Positions 1 through 6,080 of a stretch of 6,080 bases of DNA are shown piece by piece; the first letter of the stretch is position 1; each line of letters opens with the position of its first letter. A model generated the notes under the pieces. That model saw only the letters and a program-made list of their open reading frames with translations. It was not told where the DNA came from and did not search any database. A program made the translations under genes and the position numbers. The DNA is from Octopus sinensis (lineage: Eukaryota). The stretch is taken from assembly GCF_006345805.1 (NCBI RefSeq), contig NW_021836903.1, forward strand, positions 1-6,080. Direction: 5' to 3'.

Positions 1-105
1 ACATACAGAAACCTTCCCAAATTGAATAATATGTTACATAATATTTTACGTAATTTATTACATAATCTCAAGTACCCCCATATCCTCAAATTTAGGGGTC
101 TCCCC

Positions 106-173
106 AAATTAAAATGAATAAATTTATTAAATAATCTCAAGTACCCCCATTCCTCAAATCTAAAGACCTCTAC
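106..173. repeat. 68-69 bp short-arm monomer (first of 7 copies)
   Basis: The arm AAATT(A/G)AAATGA(ATA/CAT)... is 18 bp shorter than the full arm. Copies start at 106, 1100, 2296, 2365, 4044, 4372 and 5918. Confidence 0.92.
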
Positions 174-346
174 AATTTTCATAATATGTTACGCAATATT
201 TTAGGTAATGTATTGAATAATCTCAAATACTCACATATCCTCAAATCTAGGGAATTCCCAAAATTTCATAATATGTTACGCAATATATTAGGTAATTTAT
301 TAAATAATCTCAAGTACCCCATTTTGTCACATCTAGGGACTTCCTC

Positions 347-378
347 AAATTGCATATCCTCAAATTTAGGGACCTCCC
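347..378. repeat. 32-bp mini monomer lacking arm and core (first of 10 copies)
   Basis: The sequence is AAATTGCATATCCTCAAATTTAG(G/T)(G/A)ACCTCCC. Copies start at 347, 551, 1341, 1546, 1750, 2519, 2897, 4613, 4818 and 5369. Confidence 0.93.
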
Positions 379-398
379 AAATTGAATAATATGTTACC

Positions 399-420
399 TA
401 ATATATTACGTAATTTATTA
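399..420. other. 22-bp imperfect palindrome TAATATATTACGTAATTTATTA, representative of the arm dyad
   Basis: It has one mismatched pair around a perfect ATTACGTAAT core. I count about 23 monomers carrying that core. Function is unknown. Confidence 0.88.
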
Positions 421-651
421 AATAATCTCAAATACTCACATATCCTCAAATCTAGGGAATTCCCCAAATTTCATAATATGTTACCCAATATATAAGTAAT
501 TTATTAAATAATCTCAAGTACCCCATATCGTCACATCTAGGGACCTCTTCAAATTGCATATCCTCAAATTTAGGAACCTCCCAAATTGGATAATATGTTT
601 CCTAATATATTACGTAATTTATTAAATAATCTCAAATACTCACATATCCTC

Positions 652-675
652 AAATCTAGGGAATTCCCTAAATTT
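652..675. other. 24-bp imperfect palindrome with EcoRI core (AAATCTAGGGAATTCCCTAAATTT), representative of the E-class tail dyad
   Basis: It is self-complementary except for one pair, with a perfect inner 14-mer TAGGGAATTCCCTA. The 10-bp palindrome GGGAATTCCC starts at 250, 455, 659, 1244, 1449, 1654, 1858, 2800, 3603, 4516, 4721, 4926 and 5476, and GGGAATTCCT occurs at 2627. Function is unknown. Confidence 0.9.
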
Positions 676-1012
676 CATAATATGTTACTCAATATATTAC
701 ATATTTTATTAAATAATCTCGAGTACCCATTCCTCAAATCTAAAGACCTCTACAAATTTCATAATATTTTACGCAATATATTCGTAATTTATTATAAAAT
801 CTCAAGTATTCCCATATCCTCACATTTAGGGACCTCCTCAAATTGTATAATATATTACAAATATATTACGTAATTTATTACATAATCTCAAGTAGCCCCA
901 TATCCTCATATCTAGGGACCTTCTAAAATTGCATAATATGTCACGCAATATATTACATAATTTATTACATAATCTTAAATACCCACATATCCACACATAC
1001 AGAAACCTTCCC

Positions 1013-2211
1013 AAATTGAATAATATGTTACATAATATTTTACGTAATTTATTACATAATCTCAAGTACCCCCATATCCTCAAATTTAGGGGTCTCCCCA
1101 AATTAAAATGAATAAATTTATTAAATAATCTCAAGTACCCCCATTCCTCAAATCTAAAAACCTCTACAATTTTCATAATATGTTACGCAATATTTTAGGT
1201 AATTTATTGAATAATCTCAAATACTCACATATCCTCAAATCTAGGGAATTCCCAAAATTTCATAATATGTTACGCAATATATTAGGTAATTTATTAAATA
1301 ATCTCAAGTACCCCATTTTGTCACATCTAGGGACCTCCTCAAATTGCATATCCTCAAATTTAGGGACCTCCCAAATTGAATAATATGTTACCTAATATAT
1401 TACGTAATTTATTAAATAATCTCAAATACTCACATATCCTCAAATCTAGGGAATTCCCCAAATTTCATAATATGTTACCCAATATATTAGGTAATTTATT
1501 AAATAATCTCAAGTACCCCATATCGTCACATCTAGGGACCTCTTCAAATTGCATATCCTCAAATTTAGGAACCTCCCAAATTGGATAATATGTTTCCTAA
1601 TATATTACGTAATTTATTAAATAATCTCAAATACTCACATATCCTCAAATCTAGGGAATTCCCCAAATTTCATAATATGTTACCCAATATATAAGTAATT
1701 TATTAAATAATCTCAAGTACCCCATATCGTCACATCTAGGGACCTCTTCAAATTGCATATCCTCAAATTTAGGAACCTCCCAAATTGGATAATATGTTTC
1801 CTAATATATTACGTAATTTATTAAATAATCTCAAAAACTCACATATCCTCAAATCTAGGGAATTCCCCAAATTTCATAATATGTTACTCAATATATTACA
1901 TATTTTATTAAATAATCTCAAGTACCCATTCCTCAAATCTAAAGACCTCTACAAATTTCATAATATTTTACGCAATATATTCGTAATTTATTATAAAATC
2001 TCAAGTATTCCCATATCCTCACATTTAGGGACCTCCTCAAATTGTATAATATATTACAAATATATTACGTAATTTATTACATAATCTCAAGTACCCCCAT
2101 ATCCTCATATCTAGGGACCTTCTAAAATTGCATAATATCTCACGCAATATATTACATAATTTATTACATAATCTTAAATACCCACATATGCACACATACA
2201 GAAACCTCCCA
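1013..2211. repeat. Higher-order repeat copy 2: 1199 bp, equal to copy 1 plus one extra 205-bp C-m-E trimer
   Basis: The class order is the same as 19-1012 but with three C-m-E trimers (1255-1459, 1460-1664, 1665-1868) instead of two, and 994+205=1199. I count about 11 substitutions between the shared parts by eye, e.g. CTCGAG at 718-723 versus CTCAAG in copy 2. Confidence 0.92.
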
Positions 2212-3783
2212 AAATTGAATATGTTACATAATATATTACGTAATTTATTACAAAATCTCAAGTACCCCCATATCCTCAAATTTATGGATCTCCCCAAATT
2301 GAAATGACATAATTTAATAAATAATCTCAAGTACCCCCATATCCTCAAATTTAGGGATCTCCCCAAATTGAAATGAATAGATTTATTAAATAATCTCAAG
2401 TACCCCCATTCCTCAAATCTAAAGACCTCTAGAAATTTCATAATATGTTACGCAATATTTTAGGTAATTTATTAAATAATCTCAAGTACCCCATATCGTC
2501 ACATCTAGGGACCTCCTCAAATTGCATATCCTCAAATTTAGGAACCTCCCAAATTGAATAATATGTTTCCTAATATATTACGTAATTTATTAAATAATCT
2601 CAAATACTCACATATCCTCAAATCTAGGGAATTCCTCAAATTTCATAATCTGTTACCCAATATATTAGGTAATTTATTAAATAATCTCAAGTACCCCCAT
2701 TCCTCAAATCTAAAGACCTCTACAAATTTCATAATATGTTACGCAATATTTTAGGTAATTTATTAAATAATCTCAAATACTCACATATCCTCAAATCTAG
2801 GGAATTCCCAAAATTTCATAATATGTTACGCAATATATTAGGTAATTTATTAAATAATCTCAAGTACCCCATTTTGTCACATCTAGGGACCTCCTCAAAT
2901 TGCATATCCTCAAATTTAGTGACCTCCCAAATTGAATAATATGTTACCTAATATATTACGTAATTTATTACATAATCTCAATTACCCCCATATGGTCACA
3001 TCTAGGGACCTCCTCAAATTGCATAATATTTCACCCAATATATTACGTAATTTATTACATAATCTTAAGTACCCCAAAATACTCATATCTAGGGACCTCG
3101 TCAAATTGCAAAATATTTCACGCAATATATTACGTAATTTAATAATAATCTTAAGTACCCCATATGCTCAAATCTAAAAACTTCCCCAAATTGAATAATA
3201 TGTTACGCAATATATTACTTAATTTATTAAATAATCTCAAGTACCCCATATTGTCACATTTAGGGACTTCCCCTAATTGAATAATATGTTACGCAATATA
3301 TTACATAATTTAATCTCAAGTACCCCAATTCCTCAAATCTAAAGACCTGTATAAATTTTATAATATTTTACGCAATATATTGCGTAATTTATTACATAAT
3401 CTCAAGTAGCCCCATATCCTCATATCTAGGGACCTTCTAAAATTGCATAATATGTCACGCAATATATTACATAATTTATTACATAATCTTAAATACCTAC
3501 ATATCCACACATACAGAAATCTTCCCAAATTGAATAATATGTTACATAATATATTACGTAATTTATTACATAATCTCAAATACTCACATATCCTCAAATC
3601 TAGGGAATTCCCCAAATTTCATAATATGTTACCCAATAAATTAGGTAATTATTAAATAATTTCAAGTACCCCATATCGTCACATCTAGGGACTTCCCCTA
3701 ATTGAATAATATGTTACGCAATATATTACATATTTATTAAATAATATCAAGTACCCCCATTTTTCAAATCTAAAGACCTCTAC

Positions 3784-4439
3784 AAATTTCATAATATTTT
3801 ACGCAATATATTCGTAATTTATTATAAAATCTCAAGTATTTCCATATCCTCACATCTAGGGACCTCCCAAAATTGCATTATATATTAAGCAATATATTAC
3901 GTAATTTATTACATAATCTCAAGTATTCCCATATCCTCACATCTAGGGACCTCCCAAAATTGCATTATATATTAAGCAATATATTACGTAATTTATTACA
4001 TAATCTCAAGTACCCCCATATCCTCAAATTTAGGGATCTCCCCAAATTGAAATGAATAGATTTATTAAATAATCTCAACTACCCCCATTCCTCAAATCTA
4101 AAGACCTCTACAAATTTCATAATATTTTACGCAATATATTCGTAATTTATTATAAAATCTCAAGTATTCCCATATCCTCACATCTAGGGACATCCCAAAA
4201 TTGCATTATATATTAAGCAATATATTACGTAATTTATTACATAATCTCAAGTATTCCCATATCCTCACATCTAGGGACCTCCCAAAATTGCATTATATAT
4301 TAAGCAATATATTACGTAATTTATTACATAATCTCAAGTACCCCCATATCCTCAAATTTAGGGATCTTCCCAAATTGAAATGACATAATTTATTAAATAA
4401 TCTCAAGTACCCCCATTCCTCAAATCTAAAGACCTCTAC
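3784..4439. repeat. Tandem duplication of a 328-bp tetramer (D, H-arm+D-tail, H-arm+G-tail, S)
   Basis: The copies are 3784-4111 and 4112-4439 (86+87+87+68 bp each). ORFs 3873..4055 and 4201..4383 are identical at an offset of 328. The H arm is diagnosed by CATTATATATTAAGC. Confidence 0.92.
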
Positions 4440-4526
4440 AAATTTCATAATATGTTACGCAATATTTTAGGTAATTTATTAAATAATCTCAAATACTCAC
4501 ATATCCTCAAATCTAGGGAATTCCCA

Positions 4527-4936
4527 AAATTTCATAATATGTTACGCAATATATTAGGTAATTTATTAAATAATCTCAAGTACCTCATTTTGTCACATCT
4601 AGGGACCTCCTCAAATTGCATATCCTCAAATTTAGGGACCTCCCAAATTGAATAATATGTTACCTAATATATTACGTAATTTATTAAATAATCTCAAATA
4701 CTCACATATCCTCAAATCTAGGGAATTCCCTAAATTTCATAATATGTTACCCAATATATTAGGTAATTTATTAAATAATCTCAAGTACCCCATATCGTCA
4801 CATCTAGGGACCTCTTAAAATTGCATATCCTCAAATTTAGGAACCTCCCAAATTGGATAATATGTTTCCTAATATATTACGTAATTTATTAAATAATCTC
4901 AAATACTCACATATCCTCAAATCTAGGGAATTCCCC
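4527..4936. repeat. C-m-E trimer sub-repeat, two tandem 205-bp copies
   Basis: The copies are 4527-4731 and 4732-4936. The preceding S-E units (4372-4526) make 4372-4731 a close copy of 106-465 (ORF 4452..4655 is nearly identical to 186..389). Confidence 0.9.
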
Positions 4937-5281
4937 AAATTTCATAATATGTTACCCAATATATTAGGTAATTTATTAAATAATCTCAAGTACCCCATAT
5001 CGTCACATCTAGGGACTTCCCCTAATTGAATAATATGTTACGCAATATATTACATATTTTATTAAATAATCTCAAGTACCCCCATTCCTCAAATCTAAAG
5101 ACCTCTACAAATTTCATAATATTTTACGCAATATATTCGTAATTTATTATAAAATCTCAAGTATTTCCATATCCTCACATCTAGGGACCTCCCAAAATTG
5201 CATTATATATTAAGCAATATATTACGTAATTTATTACATAATCTCAAGTATTCCCATATCCTCACATCTAGGGACCTCCCA
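4937..5281. repeat. Dispersed second copy of the 3614-3956 block (C', K, D, H units)
   Basis: Both blocks share the rare markers GGGACTTCCCCTAATTG, the GTATTTCCAT variant (about 3837 and 5161) and the CATTATATATTAAGC arm, in the same order. Confidence 0.85.
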
Positions 5282-5657
5282 AAATTGCATTATATATTAA
5301 GCAATATATTACGTAATTTATTACATAATCTCAAGTATTCCCATATCCTCACATCTAGGGACCTCCTCAAATTGCATATCCTCAAATTTAGGAACCTCCC
5401 AAATTTCATAATATGTTACGCAATATTTTAGGTAATTTAGTAAATAATCTCAAATACCAAATATCCTCAAATCTAGGGAATTCCCGAAATTGCATAATAT
5501 GTTACACAATATATTACGTTATCTATTAAATAATCTCAAATACCCCCATTACTCAAATCTAAAGAACTCTACAAATTTCATAATATGTTCGAAATATATA
5601 AGGTATTTATTAAATTATCTAAAATACTCACATATCATCAAATCTAGGGACCTCCTC

Positions 5658-5985
5658 AAATTGTATAATATATTACAAATATATTACGTAATTTATTACA
5701 TAATCTCAAGTAGCCCCATATCCTCATATCTAGGGACCTTCTAAAATTGCATAATATGTCACGCAATATATTACATAATTTATTACATAATCTTAAATAC
5801 CCACATATCCACAAATACAGAAACCTCCCCAAATTGAATAATATGTTACATAATATATTACGTAATTTATTACATAATCTCAAGTACCCCCATATCCTCA
5901 AATTTAGGGATCTCCCCAAATTAAAATGAATAAATTTATTAAATAATCTCAAGTACCCCCATTCCTCAAATCTAAAGACCTCTAC
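5658..5985. repeat. P-T-G-S block, a dispersed copy of 840-1167
   Basis: It has the same four monomer classes and lengths (86+87+87+68) as 840-1167. ORF 5747..5929 is nearly identical to 929..1111. Confidence 0.9.
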
Positions 5986-6080
5986 AAATTTCTTAATATG
6001 TTACGCAATATATTACGTTATCTATTTAATAATCTCAAGTACCCCCATATCCTGATATCTAGGGACCTTTTCAAATAGCA

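Larger units (their letters stand above)
261..669. repeat. C-m-E trimer sub-repeat (204-205 bp), two tandem copies
   Basis: The copies are 261-465 (86+32+87 bp) and 466-669 (85+32+87 bp). Further copies lie at 1255-1868 (three), 2433-2637 and 4527-4936 (two). Confidence 0.9.
19..1012. repeat. Higher-order repeat copy 1: 994 bp, 13 monomers (order G-S-E-C-m-E-C-m-E-K-D-P-T)
   Basis: The monomer class order repeats from 1013 at an offset of 994 (19-105 is identical to 1013-1099; ORF 186..389 matches 1180..1383). Classes are named by tail: G=TTTAGGG(G/A)TCTCCCC, E=GGGAATTCCC, C=GTCACATCTAGGGAC, K=TCTAAAGACCTCTAC, D=GTATTCCCATATCCTCACA, P=CTCATATCTAGGGACCTTCTA, T=CACACATACAGAAACC. S is a 68-bp short unit and m is a 32-bp mini unit. 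Confidence 0.93.
1..6080. repeat. Satellite-like tandem array of an 87-bp monomer family (78 complete monomers at 19-6072 plus partial units at both ends)
   Basis: The motifs AAATT(G/T), TAATTTATTA and AATCT(C/T)AA(G/A)TA and the C-rich tail recur throughout with no unique sequence in between. Example 87-bp units are 19-105, 174-260 and 379-465. The ORF track shows a matching 29-aa period (MLRNILGNLLNNLKYSHILKSREFPKFHN). Confidence 0.98.

Noticed and set aside
19-70. Sigma70-like -10 boxes (TATAAT/CATAAT/AATAAT) and TATA-like elements
   Set aside because: These are expected by chance in an arm of about 85% AT, and there is no matching -35 element or downstream gene.
318-378. G-quadruplex or i-motif potential from C-runs on the + strand
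   Set aside because: There are only two or three runs of 3 or more C per unit, separated by 20 nt or more, so four closely spaced tracts are not present.
186-5929. Plus-strand ORFs of 60-95 aa rich in N, L, I and K (MLRNILGNLLNNLKY...)
   Set aside because: They are translations of the 87-bp monomer, beginning at the ATG/TTG present in most units and ending at inherited frameshifts. Copy lengths are inconsistent, I see no ribosome-binding or other gene context, and there is no recognisable domain.
838-5952. Minus-strand ORFs of 85-134 aa (…IWGYLRLCNKLRNIL…)
   Set aside because: They are the same repeat read antisense. They occur only where runs of AAATTG-type units avoid the TGA created by AAATTTCAT. 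Reading TGA as Trp would not rescue a long ORF because of the 86-, 68- and 32-bp units.
1-6080. CRISPR array (conserved core alternating with variable segments)
   Set aside because: The would-be spacers are homologous to one another and recur many times almost identically, the core itself varies, and there is no leader or cas gene in the window.
1-6080. Transposon, MITE or integron attC array
   Set aside because: I found no terminal inverted repeats, target-site duplications, transposase or integrase ORF. There are no unique gene cassettes between repeats and no GTTRRRY/RYYYAAC core pairs bounding the units.
1-6080. Telomeric repeat or structured RNA gene array
   Set aside because: There is no short G-rich telomere unit and no tRNA or rRNA signature. 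The dyads are short and I saw no compensatory covariation supporting a conserved RNA fold.
1-6080. One-base length variants as sequencing (homopolymer) errors
   Set aside because: The same deletions recur in the same monomer classes, including at non-homopolymer sites (TATTCGTAAT in all five D units, CATTCCTC in K tails), so most are inherited variants. Singletons remain unverified.

Overview
The whole 6080-bp window is one non-coding, AT-rich (about 30% GC, C>G on the + strand) head-to-tail tandem array that continues past both edges. By hand I parsed 78 complete monomers between 19 and 6072, cutting at AAATT(G/T). Lengths are 30 x 87 bp, 21 x 86, 6 x 85, 3 x 84, 1 x 79, seven short 68-69 bp units and ten 32-bp mini units; these sum to exactly 6054 bp. 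The consensus monomer is AAATT(G/T)(C/A)ATAATATGTTACGCAATATATTACGTAATTTATTA(A/C)ATAATCTCAAGTACCCCCATATCCTCAAATCTAGGGA(A/C)(T/C)TCCCC. It comprises an AT-rich arm built from a near-palindromic 12-mer, a conserved core (ATTTATTA(A/C)ATAATCTCAA(G/A)TA), and a C-rich tail ending in a GGGA-NN-TCCC dyad. Monomers fall into about 10 recurring variant classes arranged in nested higher-order blocks of 204-205 bp, 328 bp and 994/1199 bp. All ORFs in the track are translations of the repeat, and I found no supportable gene, RNA gene, CRISPR array or transposon. The source organism or virus cannot be determined from this sequence. All counts are manual and should be confirmed computationally.
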